DNA from: a virus
Lineage: Duplodnaviria; Caudoviricetes
Reading direction: 5' to 3' (one strand)
Virus record (IMG/VR): IMGVR_UViG_3300027891_000004
Coordinates: 64,001-128,000 of that record
DNA length: 64,000 nucleotides
In this document: one piece after another, positions 10,366 to 18,898 of the stretch
Layout: each line of letters opens with the position of its first letter
Numbering within the stretch: the stretch's first letter is position 1
Position numbers and translations under genes: made by a program
Notes under the pieces: generated by a model
What the model was told of the DNA's origin: nothing
What the model saw: the letters and a program-made list of their open reading frames with translations, nothing else
Database searches by the model: none

Positions 10366-10552
10366 TGTTTTTCATTCTGTGCTTGTCGCCTTTCGGTTTT
10401 GGGACGCTCTTGTTCGGTTCCGTTTTGTTCGTTTATCCTCATGCGTGCCTGCACCGCCACATCGTGGCGAATGTCCGGTCCGCTTTTTGACCTTTATAAT
10501 GAGTATGCAAGTTTTCTTCTTCTTCTTTTTCATTTTTATTTTTTTTTCAAAA

Positions 10553-10625
10553 TAGGCGATGCAGGGATCGAACCTGCGACCTACGGATTATGAGTCCGCA
10601 GCTCTAACCGCTGAGCTAATCGCCT
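10553..10625 (-). tRNA. tRNA with CAT anticodon (Ile2 or elongator Met; not initiator), CCA not encoded
   Basis: Minus strand AGGCGATTAGCTCAGCGGTTAGAGCTGCGGACTCATAATCCGTAGGTCGCAGGTTCGATCCCTGCATCGCCTA forms a full cloverleaf with a paired 1:72. Confidence 0.95.
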
Positions 10626-10748
10626 TTTTCCAGTTGCTTCTTTGCTTGTTGTCGTTCGCGTTTCTTCTGCGGACGGTAAACAGACTGTCTCGTTTCTTTT
10701 GACCAACGCTTTTTCCAGTACGATTTAGTAGCGTCATTTCCGTATGGC

Positions 10749-11126
10749 CTAATTTTTGTTCGTAATCTCATTCTTCGCTATCTCGAATTTTTTGAAGTCT
10801 TGCGCGTCAAACAACAATTCCAAGTCCCACCAATAAAATTCAAAAACATACCCGCATTCAAACCGTGATGTTTGCGCCTTATAGTATTCCACATTTTGAA
10901 TGTTTTGTTGATTGGCGTTTTGAAAAAACGGGCAGTAAGAACGCGGTATCCGGTAAGTTGCAAATGATGTACTTATAACAAAATCAGTATCCGTTACTGA
11001 ATGTACTTTTATCAAGGCATTTCGACGGTTGTTTTTCCCTCTGATTTTTTTTCTCGACGGGAAAAGCCTGTCGGGGGCGTTTTTAATCCGCTTCTTTATG
11101 CGCGTTATCTTTCGTCGATTGTTCAT
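10749..11126 (-). CDS. DUF2442-like protein (putative antitoxin)
   Basis: YRIPRSYCPFFQNANQQNIQNVE...FYWWDLELLF resembles the DUF2442 pattern P-x-x-W-F-P-x-L-x-x-A...I-H-W-P-D-L-D. Confidence 0.5.
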   Translation of the reverse strand: MNNRRKITRIKKRIKNAPDRLFPSRKKIRGKNNRRNALIKVHSVTDTDFVISTSFATYRIPRSYCPFFQNANQQNIQNVEYYKAQTSRFECGYVFEFYWWDLELLFDAQDFKKFEIAKNEITNKN

Positions 11127-11131
11127 TTTTA

Positions 11132-11263
11132 CTAAACTAAAGGAAGGGAATGATCTGGGTTGTTTTCGTTCCAATTTTCAATGTATTTATTCGGGTTATT
11201 CGCCATGTCCATTTGAACCGCCTTAATGATGTCTTTATCCACTCTTGTGGGTTCCATCAACAT
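11132..11263 (-). pseudogene. Possible truncated DUF4160 C-terminal remnant
   Basis: Hand translation MLMEPTRVDKDIIKAVQMDMANNPNKYIENWNENNPDHSLPLV resembles the end of 14949 and lies directly upstream of the DUF2442-like gene. Confidence 0.3.
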
Positions 11264-11404
11264 GCGGCTACTTAAAAGCAATCGAGTTAATCATCTTTTA
11301 CGTGCCTGGGATTCGCGGTCCGCCAACGGTCAGCCGCCTTTTCGTACTTTTTAACAAATTTTCGTCAAAACGCAACCGATCAAAACTGCCCGACGCAACA
11401 AAAC

Positions 11405-11420
11405 CCCGCCACGTGGCGGG
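11405..11420. repeat. Dispersed palindrome copy
   Basis: CCCGCCACGTGGCGGG just after the stop of 11425. Confidence 0.9.
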
Positions 11421-11424
11421 ATCG

Positions 11425-11862
11425 TTACGCCCAATAGGTCAAACTTGTTCCAGGTATCCGTCGCAGGTCCCAATTTTTCGTCGGCCGATCAAACAAATCT
11501 TCGACCTTGTTACATTGCGGGCAGGAATCGTCTTCGCAGGGCCAGCAATGCCCGCAAATCTCACAATGGTTATGCAGACATTCCGGGCATGTCAGCCATT
11601 CGTCTTCCGGTTCAAAAGCATATCTACAATTTTTGCACATCATTTTAACGTCGATACACTCGGACGTATGCGGCTTTGGTTTTTCGGCAACTATTACAAT
11701 CATGTCGATTCTCCTTTTATTATTTTGATTTCTTTTCGTATATTCATTGTTTGAAACAATCGGCACAGAGCAGGTAAGGGGGTCGGGGCAACTACAAAGA
11801 CCGGGCAGGGCTTCGCACCAGGCGCACCGGTAAGTATCATCGCATCGAACATATCTAGGCAT
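11425..11862 (-). CDS. Cys-rich zinc-finger protein
   Basis: Multiple CxxC pairs; AAGGAG RBS before MPRY (11862) and before MIVI (11703). Confidence 0.55.
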   Translation of the reverse strand: MPRYVRCDDTYRCAWCEALPGLCSCPDPLTCSVPIVSNNEYTKRNQNNKRRIDMIVIVAEKPKPHTSECIDVKMMCKNCRYAFEPEDEWLTCPECLHNHCEICGHCWPCEDDSCPQCNKVEDLFDRPTKNWDLRRIPGTSLTYWA

Positions 11863-11887
11863 CTGCGTCTCCTTTCTGGTTTTGTAT

Positions 11888-12103
11888 TTATGCAAACAAT
11901 TTCACGCGGGGAACGCAAACAACGCGGCCTTCCGGGCCTGGGACGATCCTCAATTTATCCTTCGATACCCACCCAAATCCGCGTATGTAAATATGAAGGG
12001 TCGTCATATCGTCGATAACGCTAAACGTATCAAACGGTATGTGATTCTTTGTTTTTTCGGTTATGAGTATCTCTTTCCCGATTTCAAACGTTTCTCTTTT
12101 CAT
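11888..12103 (-). CDS. Small hypothetical protein
   Basis: AGGAG RBS before MKRETFEIG. Confidence 0.5.
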   Translation of the reverse strand: MKRETFEIGKEILITEKTKNHIPFDTFSVIDDMTTLHIYIRGFGWVSKDKLRIVPGPEGRVVCVPRVKLFA

Positions 12104-12143
12104 TTCTATTTCTCCTATTTGAAAATGTGCGGTGTAACAACGT

Positions 12144-12374
12144 TCAGTTAAAAACAATAACATCCCATTCCGACGTATTGTATTTATTGGCCTTCTTTTC
12201 AAGCCGGATAACGCCGTCTTCAACAAGTTGCGAAATATGCGTTTTGAACTGGCGCCGCGTCCAACCGAAGTAAGCCATACCCAAGAGGTAAACGTCGTAT
12301 TCAAACAGGGCGAATCCGCCGTTTGAAAGATGTTCGCAAGCCTTTACGAACTGCGTCAAAAGTGTGTTTTGCAT
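12144..12374 (-). CDS. Small hypothetical protein (possible winged helix)
   Basis: AGGAG RBS; ISQLVEDGVIRL. Confidence 0.5.
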   Translation of the reverse strand: MQNTLLTQFVKACEHLSNGGFALFEYDVYLLGMAYFGWTRRQFKTHISQLVEDGVIRLEKKANKYNTSEWDVIVFN

Positions 12375-12444
12375 CGTCCCGATCTCCTATTGAAAAAGGT
12401 CTTGAACTTGCGGGGATCGTTCCCCGCACCTGTTTTTCAATAGA

Positions 12445-12463
12445 TTCGTAGAGCAAGTTTTCA
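12445..12463. promoter_or_regulatory. Repeated 19-bp upstream element, copy 1 of 3 (others 38724..38742 and 54236..54254)
   Basis: Identical TTCGTAGAGCAAGTTTTCA upstream of three minus-strand genes. Confidence 0.7.
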
Positions 12464-12494
12464 GGCAACTATGCAAAACATTACAAAGAAGTTT

Positions 12495-12734
12495 TTAATC
12501 AATAAGCAACTTTATCTTATCAGCAACTTCCTTTCCGTAATGTTCGGCCAACAGCGAATACATTGAATGCCCGGCTTCCTCATAGTTACCGTGTTGTTCA
12601 TGTAGCCATTTATCGAACTTGTACGGGTCTAAAAACGGTCTGCCCGTCAGCCACGAGAGCATACCGTCAAGGAAATTGCATATTTGCATATCGAACGTAT
12701 CCCTAAAAAATTTGATCGCTTCCTGGTGAGACAT
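12495..12734 (-). CDS. Hypothetical phage protein
   Basis: Clean ORF in the gene-dense minus-strand run. Confidence 0.6.
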   Translation of the reverse strand: MSHQEAIKFFRDTFDMQICNFLDGMLSWLTGRPFLDPYKFDKWLHEQHGNYEEAGHSMYSLLAEHYGKEVADKIKLLID

Positions 12735-12814
12735 ACGCCAATTCCCGTTCTAAAAAAAATACAAGTTAAATCAAAAAAAAACTTCCAACTAAGTATGCCG
12801 GATTATAACGCGAA

Positions 12815-13576
12815 TCAATTTGTTTTTTCTTTTTCGGCGTTCTTTTCGGCAAGCCACGCGAAGTATTCATCGGGGCTACTGAACTGTATTTGGCCTGCCT
12901 TCGGGGTGGGGAGCGGGGCCGAGTTTGCGTCTTTCCTGGTCTTGTTCGCCAGCTTATTCAATTCTTCAAGATGCGCTATTTCTTCGGGCAACAAGCGTAG
13001 CATCCAATGTATTTGATAACTCGTCAAATCAAGAATTTGGTCAACCGTCCAACCGTACTTTTCGGCCAACCCTTTGAAGATACGGGCCACGTTTTCGTCA
13101 GGAGTCGATTCGACACGCGGACTATCACTCTCAGGCTGCGGCGGATCGGGCGGGAGCGGGCAAAAAGTAGCTTGTTGCATCTCCGCGAGGAGCAACCGCG
13201 AGGTTTCGGAGATGCCGTTCGGAAAAAACAGCTTTTTTAGCTTTGCATCGGCCCACGCTGGTGCGTCGCGGATAAGCAACTTAATAAAACGAACCAAATA
13301 ATCAATATGAGAATATAAAAACTCATGGCCGATACCTACTTGGAAATCAAAGTCTTCGATTTTATTCAACGCAAGATCAACAAACTCGGCACGTTCGCTT
13401 TCGGGCACCAACTTAATCTGATCGTCAAACTGTTTGGCATACTTGTATTTAAGCCACGTATTGAAATCAATAAGATCGCGTTGTCGCAAAGGGTATACCC
13501 ATAGCGTATGCCGGTCCAATTCGTAGGGGACCGGCGATTGCGACATAGCCGATTTGTGCGTGTACGGTAAGATCAT
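12815..13576 (-). CDS. Putative tail assembly chaperone with C-terminal extension
   Basis: Paralog of 6983; C-terminal LAEKYGWTVDQILDLTSYQI resembles the gpT-like part of tail chaperones. Confidence 0.55.
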   Translation of the reverse strand: MILPYTHKSAMSQSPVPYELDRHTLWVYPLRQRDLIDFNTWLKYKYAKQFDDQIKLVPESERAEFVDLALNKIEDFDFQVGIGHEFLYSHIDYLVRFIKLLIRDAPAWADAKLKKLFFPNGISETSRLLLAEMQQATFCPLPPDPPQPESDSPRVESTPDENVARIFKGLAEKYGWTVDQILDLTSYQIHWMLRLLPEEIAHLEELNKLANKTRKDANSAPLPTPKAGQIQFSSPDEYFAWLAEKNAEKEKTN

Positions 13577-13639
13577 GTGAATTGAAAACGATTCATTTAC
13601 CGTATGTATGCCAGAACGCGCCAGAAATTCAAGAACAAA

Positions 13640-14089
13640 TTAGCATCTTCGCCGGGGGAAACGCGCCGGGACCGCCTGCAGGGTAGGGACAAACGATTGT
13701 CGGCCCTGCAATGCCAATTCCGTATCCGCCATGCGCTGGGCAAGGCAGTTATTCGGATCGAGCAGCATCGCCTGCTGCCCGTGCAAAGAACCTCGAAGGA
13801 ACGCATCGGTAGTCATAGCATACGCCTCGCTGGCCGCGCCGACCGATTTTGAGGTAACAACGCCGGTAGATACCTGGAACTGGTGCGCCGCTAGATAAAG
13901 CGTAATCGCCTCGATCTGCTCAGGCGTATAATTTGCCATACACCCGTTCAAAATACTTGTCTGGACCATAAGCGACGCGGTTTTGATAGCCATATCCAAC
14001 GTCGCGTCGGCGGTCGGCGGTATGTTCGGGTACACCTCCCGTACTTTTCCGTGCGTTGTGTAGGGCGGGGTCATGTCTTTCGGTGCCAT
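13640..14089 (-). CDS. Head-tail adaptor (DUF4054-like)
   Basis: LYLAAH...SKSVGAASEAY...SLHGQQAMLLDP. Confidence 0.7.
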   Translation of the reverse strand: MAPKDMTPPYTTHGKVREVYPNIPPTADATLDMAIKTASLMVQTSILNGCMANYTPEQIEAITLYLAAHQFQVSTGVVTSKSVGAASEAYAMTTDAFLRGSLHGQQAMLLDPNNCLAQRMADTELALQGRQSFVPTLQAVPARFPRRRC

Positions 14090-14119
14090 TGCTGCTATAT
14101 TGTATGATTGGTTATTGTC

Positions 14120-14482
14120 CTATTTTTTCCGTTTCAATGCCTCGCGCACTTGGCTATCCTGTTCGTCGGCGATTTCGTAGGCAACGGTATCGTTCGCGTT
14201 GTGCGCATCCCGCAGCTGAATCCTAAAAAAATTGACGAGTTTATTCAAATCATCAACGCTATAGGCGGCGTACTCTTTGATGTTTTGTTCTCTTTCGCTT
14301 ACCAATTTCTTCAGGTCCTCGGAACCGACGGCACCCTGAAAACTAAGCGTCCAGTCCAATTTTCCTTTTGGTTCCCGCATCGAGGGTAGCGGACCAACCG
14401 GGACGGGCATCGCCGCGTTAAATGAGGCATTAGCGCATTGTTGCAAATGCTCAAACTGTGATATGTCTGCCAATTTTTTCAT
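14120..14482 (-). CDS. Leader-family protein
   Basis: MKKLADISQFEHLQQCANASFN. Confidence 0.8.
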   Translation of the reverse strand: MKKLADISQFEHLQQCANASFNAAMPVPVGPLPSMREPKGKLDWTLSFQGAVGSEDLKKLVSEREQNIKEYAAYSVDDLNKLVNFFRIQLRDAHNANDTVAYEIADEQDSQVREALKRKK

Positions 14483-14512
14483 TGTGATTCCACTAAAAAT
14501 TACGCACGTCCG

Positions 14513-14947
14513 TCATATAACAAATGAATCTTGGCTGTCGTTCCAATGCCGCCTATCAATATAATTTACGGATAATTCCAAACCTGCGATAGTACAAACA
14601 AAGTGGTGTCCGCAATGATCCGTATGCGTATCCCAATGATAACCAAGCGATATTAAATCATCAACCAGGGCCATTTCAAATTCCAACAATTTGTGTTTTG
14701 GTCGTCGCCATAGTTTAGAAAGTAGCACAAAACCTGGATTTCCACGTCGTCCCAACGCGGCATAGTATAGCCCTTTAGTTAGCCAACATATAGGATTTAA
14801 TTTGTTCAAAACATACGGCAATTTGAAATTGAATTCTAAACCGTAGTCTAAAACCACAAATCGAAAAAACAAACCTAAAAACGCCAACTTAATTGCGACG
14901 TTAATCACGCTATGCCTACTGTACCACCATTCTTTTAAACTGTCCAT
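14513..14947 (-). CDS. Hypothetical protein, partner of 14949
   Basis: MDSLKEWW starts 1 bp after the stop of the leader-DUF4160 gene; AT-rich. Confidence 0.55.
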   Translation of the reverse strand: MDSLKEWWYSRHSVINVAIKLAFLGLFFRFVVLDYGLEFNFKLPYVLNKLNPICWLTKGLYYAALGRRGNPGFVLLSKLWRRPKHKLLEFEMALVDDLISLGYHWDTHTDHCGHHFVCTIAGLELSVNYIDRRHWNDSQDSFVI

Positions 14948-14948
14948 T

Positions 14949-15386
14949 CTAATCCTCTCGTAACAGCTGTTGCCTTGCCTGCTCATCTTGCCAATCTTTT
15001 ACAAAACCATTTCTGTTCTTTTTAATGTGTTTTTTGATGTCGCTTACAATAGGGGCAGGTATGCCATTATTTTCGGCCAACTCGACAACGGCCTGACCAT
15101 TGTATTCAAGCCAAAATTTTGCTTTTCCTTCCGGCGTATAGACGTGAACGTGCATAGGTTCTGTTCTGCCGCCATGCTGTTCTTCGTCAACGTAAACAGA
15201 AAATGAAAAACCACGAAATGGCGGCGTATTCTTTGATTTGGGCGACATATTGCCGACAACGGCACTTTGAAATGCACCTGACAACTTGGAAACTGCCGCA
15301 CCATCATTAAACATGGACATTTCGCTTCGAGGCATATCCCAGTTCCCCAACGATTCAAACATTGATATATCAGCCAACCTTTCCAT
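14949..15386 (-). CDS. Leader-family protein carrying a DUF4160 domain
   Basis: Leader MERLADISMFESL...MSMFN...AFQSAVVGN, then MSP...FRGFSFSVYVDEEQH...EPMHVHV...AKFWL...KDW. Confidence 0.8.
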   Translation of the reverse strand: MERLADISMFESLGNWDMPRSEMSMFNDGAAVSKLSGAFQSAVVGNMSPKSKNTPPFRGFSFSVYVDEEQHGGRTEPMHVHVYTPEGKAKFWLEYNGQAVVELAENNGIPAPIVSDIKKHIKKNRNGFVKDWQDEQARQQLLRED

Positions 15387-15418
15387 TATTCTATCTTTCT
15401 TCGTGATTCGGCGAGTTG

Positions 15419-15802
15419 TTACTCTTGGAGATACCTACGATTCCATGATTCGCATATACGTCTTAGAGATTCTTTGAAATCTTCTTCATCGTCTTCCGCA
15501 TACCATGTTACTGTTTGCATACCGCATTCTGGATTGCTGCAACTAGCGTATAATCCATGAGGATTTATTGTAAATTCCACGCCGTAAGTGCCATCTTCTT
15601 TTTTCACGCTTCGTCCACCATTTTTTCCGGGATAAAAGGCGTATTCAATACGAGGCTTTTCCTGCCCACAATTTGCGCACGGTAACAATGAAACCTCAAA
15701 CGGTTCTATTAACGCTAGAATTTCGGCTTCATTTTCCAACATGCAGGCATAAAAACAAGCGGCAGAACCGGGCTTGAATTCTGGGGTCAATTTACTATTC
15801 AC
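15419..15802 (-). CDS. Lar-like zinc-finger protein
   Basis: LLPCANCG...CSNPECG...WNRRY; paralog of 18108 and 8534. Confidence 0.7.
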   Translation of the reverse strand: MNSKLTPEFKPGSAACFYACMLENEAEILALIEPFEVSLLPCANCGQEKPRIEYAFYPGKNGGRSVKKEDGTYGVEFTINPHGLYASCSNPECGMQTVTWYAEDDEEDFKESLRRICESWNRRYLQE

Positions 15803-16199
15803 AGCTCACCTCTTCATTTTCAAATTTTACCAAACCTTCTATACTGTCGCCCCAAGTAGAACCGGAACGAACGCGGTTTATGTATTGTAACGCCTCTGCC
15901 CGGTCCGTAAAAGGCGATCCTTGTACAACAAATGAATCTTCCATCGGGTTATCTGGGTTTGTCGCAATTATATCCAAACCTTTGCCTTCCGGATTTTTTC
16001 GTAACGAAAATTTATACTGTTTTCCGGTCATCTTGCTTTTAGGCTTACTAAAATTTGGCGACATACTATCTACGATGGCATCTTGAAAAATCTCCGACAG
16101 GCGAGCAACCGCACCACTATTAAACATGGACATTTCGCTTCGAGGCATATCCTCGCTCCCCAACGATTCAAACATTGATATATCTGCCAACTTTTCCAT
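15795..16199 (-). CDS. Leader-family protein, divergent cargo type A
   Basis: Leader 24/27 identical to 14949; cargo YKFSL...GLDIIATNP resembles 8870 and 18525. Confidence 0.8.
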   Translation of the reverse strand: MEKLADISMFESLGSEDMPRSEMSMFNSGAVARLSEIFQDAIVDSMSPNFSKPKSKMTGKQYKFSLRKNPEGKGLDIIATNPDNPMEDSFVVQGSPFTDRAEALQYINRVRSGSTWGDSIEGLVKFENEEVSCE

Positions 16200-16237
16200 A
16201 GCAGTATGCAAAAAAAGAAAAAATACTGATCAAAATT

Positions 16238-16768
16238 TTATTTCAATCCGGCCCGCACATTGTTGTCCATATCTTCAATATCGTTTTTGAATGTTTCGTA
16301 TGCCGCATCGAGGTCTTTGTCGCCGTTCTGCAATTGATCGAAAATTCTGTATTGTTTATCCGCCTCTTGCGACAACTTGGTATGCGAGTGCAAAAACGTA
16401 CCCAACGAATCCAACATCCCCTGCTCGCCCTGGGCTACTTTTGCCAGTGTCTGTATCTCTTTTTTCGGTATACTGGGAAACTGTTTGACGACTGATTTAA
16501 GCGTCCGTTTACCCCCGTTCAATTCACGCAGGGCCGAATAGACCTTTTTGAATTCGGGTCCCGTCACGCCCCGGCTCTCAAACTGTCCCATAAACGCCTC
16601 TTTTTGCGCCCGGAAATCATCGCCCGCCTGTGCCGCCTCGTAATGGAACGGCTTTACTTTTTCAACGAACCCGTCCGATAATTGCGAGTTGAAACACGAC
16701 ATGGGCGACATCATGCGTTGATTCGCGTGTGCCTGCAACGATTCAAATTGTGAAATATCTGCCTGCAT
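16238..16768 (-). CDS. Leader-family protein
   Basis: MQADISQFESLQAHANQRMMSPMSCFN. Confidence 0.8.
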   Translation of the reverse strand: MQADISQFESLQAHANQRMMSPMSCFNSQLSDGFVEKVKPFHYEAAQAGDDFRAQKEAFMGQFESRGVTGPEFKKVYSALRELNGGKRTLKSVVKQFPSIPKKEIQTLAKVAQGEQGMLDSLGTFLHSHTKLSQEADKQYRIFDQLQNGDKDLDAAYETFKNDIEDMDNNVRAGLK

Positions 16769-16772
16769 TGTC

Positions 16773-17291
16773 TTACTTTTGTTGTGCGTAGTATTGCATC
16801 GCTTCCTCTTTGGTAGCGAATTTTGGCATTTCTTTTTTCGGTTGCGCCGTCCCGCCGGGCAATTCTACGGGTTTGAAAGCGTCGCCGCCCAACAGGTACG
16901 TATTGCCCAAAAACGACTTGGCTATCGCCGCCTGTTTTTTCATCAAGCGGTCATGCGCTTTCGGATCGTCTTTAACCTGTTCGCCTTCCTGTCGTATCTC
17001 GCGGCTAACTTCGCCGACCCCGGCTTTCATAGTATCGACCGCGTTATCGATTTCCGGGCGGATCGATTTGTATGTTTGCTGCGCCTGCCGCACTTCCTGC
17101 TCGTTTCGGGAATGCCAAATATCCTGCTGCGTTTCGTAGACTCCGCGCAAACCGCCTTTCAATATCTCATAGGCGCGGTCCATCGATTGGAGCGTCTGGT
17201 CCAATTCGGGCGAATTGAAGCATGACATAGCAGATACCCCGCCACGTGGCGGGGTATCCAATAATTCGTTAAATGAATTTACAACTCGCAT
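16773..17291 (-). CDS. Leader-family protein (MRV subtype); start revised from 17483
   Basis: MRVVNSFNELLDTPPRGGVSAMSCFN. Confidence 0.8.
   Translation of the reverse strand: MRVVNSFNELLDTPPRGGVSAMSCFNSPELDQTLQSMDRAYEILKGGLRGVYETQQDIWHSRNEQEVRQAQQTYKSIRPEIDNAVDTMKAGVGEVSREIRQEGEQVKDDPKAHDRLMKKQAAIAKSFLGNTYLLGGDAFKPVELPGGTAQPKKEMPKFATKEEAMQYYAQQK
17233..17258. repeat. Dispersed palindrome copy inside a leader coding region
   Basis: Perfect 26-bp GATACCCCGCCACGTGGCGGGGTATC encoding DTPPRGGVS. Confidence 0.9.
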
Positions 17292-17293
17292 GG

Positions 17294-17641
17294 TTATCTT
17301 TGGGCTATTGCCTGTTCTATCCGATCCAAACGAGTATTTGTATCGCTTTGCAACCGGAGTAGTTTTGCATCTACGTTTGCAAAACCGTTCTTTGTGGTGA
17401 TTTCCAAATTGTCCATTCGGCTTTCTAATTTTCCAAACCGTTCGTCTATTTTTCCAAATCGCTCGTCCACCTGCTTCCTCCACTCAACCAATGGAAGATT
17501 ACTCTGTATAGGCGTAGCTGAACTTATGGGACTTATGCCACTCGGCGCATTTTGCACAGGATTAAACGCCCCCAAACCGGAAACAGGGGCACCCACGGCT
17601 CCCAACGATTCAAACATACCAATATCAGCGAGCTTTTCCAT
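17294..17641 (-). CDS. Leader-family protein, coiled-coil cargo type B
   Basis: MEKLADIGMFESLG...LGAFNPVQN; DNLEITTKNGFANVDAK. Confidence 0.8.
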   Translation of the reverse strand: MEKLADIGMFESLGAVGAPVSGLGAFNPVQNAPSGISPISSATPIQSNLPLVEWRKQVDERFGKIDERFGKLESRMDNLEITTKNGFANVDAKLLRLQSDTNTRLDRIEQAIAQR

Positions 17642-17646
17642 GTTTA

Positions 17647-18069
17647 TCACTTTCGTAAAAGTTGTTCCCGGTACGCTTGGTAGCTTTCGGGCGTTAGGTT
17701 CAGGTAACGGAGCATTTCCTGCGAAGGCGTCTCCGTTTTTCTAATCGCATCCTGTACTTGCAACATCCCCTTTTCGCGTGAGGCTCGTTCGGCGCCCCAA
17801 TCGTCATACGGATCATCCTGCCGGTCCCCGGCGGCGTCGCCCGTAGCGAAATCGGGGTAGACCCGCTTGATCGTTTTGGCTACATCGCGTGGGTGCATCC
17901 GACCCCCGTCGTCCAAATAAGAGAGCATATCGGGCAGGGTAGTGCCCTGGAACGCGGCGTTTACGCTCACGGCGCGCAGGCTACGGTCATCAAACGTAAA
18001 CATAGCGGGTATGCCAAATGCCGCGTTCTGTTGCGTCTGTAGCTGCGAAAATAGTGGGATACTGTCCAT
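17647..18069 (-). CDS. Leader-family protein (MDSIPLFSQL subtype)
   Basis: First 41 aa identical to 18525, then unrelated. Confidence 0.8.
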   Translation of the reverse strand: MDSIPLFSQLQTQQNAAFGIPAMFTFDDRSLRAVSVNAAFQGTTLPDMLSYLDDGGRMHPRDVAKTIKRVYPDFATGDAAGDRQDDPYDDWGAERASREKGMLQVQDAIRKTETPSQEMLRYLNLTPESYQAYREQLLRK

Positions 18070-18107
18070 TTCAATTTATAGGCGTTGACGTTACTACAAC
18101 AGTATGA

Positions 18108-18506
18108 CTACTTACCTGTCCTTTTATTCCATGCGCTGCAGACGCGCCTTAACGCTTCTACAAAATCGTCTTCGGTATCTTCGGCATTCCACACTCTTGT
18201 TTGGATTCGGCAATCTTCAATATCTGAGGGCGGATCAGTAGCAGCATTTCGGCAACACACAACATACAACTCATGCGGGCATTCCTTCATGGGGATTTCG
18301 CCGTTTGGTTGCAGCTGAGTTGGGAACATATTACCGGGGCGGTACATGTAATGTACATGCGGACGATCATTTCCGCAATGCGCACAGGGCAGCAAGGTGG
18401 CATCAGCCTCGTTAATGAGGGTAGCTATTTCGGACTCGTTTTCAAGCTCGTACAAAAAACAACGAGTACGGCCATCACAATTGCCTGTTTTTAGTTTTGT
18501 ATTCAT
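18108..18506 (-). CDS. Lar-like zinc-finger protein
   Basis: LLPCAHCG...WNKRT. Confidence 0.7.
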   Translation of the reverse strand: MNTKLKTGNCDGRTRCFLYELENESEIATLINEADATLLPCAHCGNDRPHVHYMYRPGNMFPTQLQPNGEIPMKECPHELYVVCCRNAATDPPSDIEDCRIQTRVWNAEDTEDDFVEALRRVCSAWNKRTGK

Positions 18507-18524
18507 TATTGCACCTCATAAAAG

Positions 18525-18887
18525 CTAAAATAAGTACCCCCACTTATCAAACTTATGCGTATTTTTGAACGCGATTGCTTCTTGAGCCGTTATATTATCC
18601 ATATCTTCGATATACGCTGTTTGTTTGCCGCCATCGGGGTCTGAAACGGCAATCCCACACCTGTCCGTTCCTTGAACAGGGTGTAGCGAAAAAACGTAAT
18701 GTCTGTCTGGACGCAATTCTGATAAAGAGATTAAGCCGCTCGGAAAGTTTTCTACGGAAACGTCTTGGAACGCGGCGTTTACGCTCACGGCGCGCAGGCT
18801 ACGGTCATCAAACGTAAACATAGCGGGTATGCCAAATGCCGCGTTCTGCTGCGTCTGCAACTGCGAAAAAAGAGGGATAGAATCCAT
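18525..18887 (-). CDS. Leader-family protein (MDSIP subtype), cargo type A
   Basis: ...VNAAFQDVSVEN; cargo homologous to 8870. Confidence 0.8.
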   Translation of the reverse strand: MDSIPLFSQLQTQQNAAFGIPAMFTFDDRSLRAVSVNAAFQDVSVENFPSGLISLSELRPDRHYVFSLHPVQGTDRCGIAVSDPDGGKQTAYIEDMDNITAQEAIAFKNTHKFDKWGYLF

Positions 18888-18898
18888 ACTGATTTCCT

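Noticed and set aside
16773-17483. Upstream starts in the ORF track for 16773, 34203, 24462, 22882 and 59379
   Set aside because: They overlap neighbouring genes or promoter regions; internal Met codons match the leader or family N-terminus.
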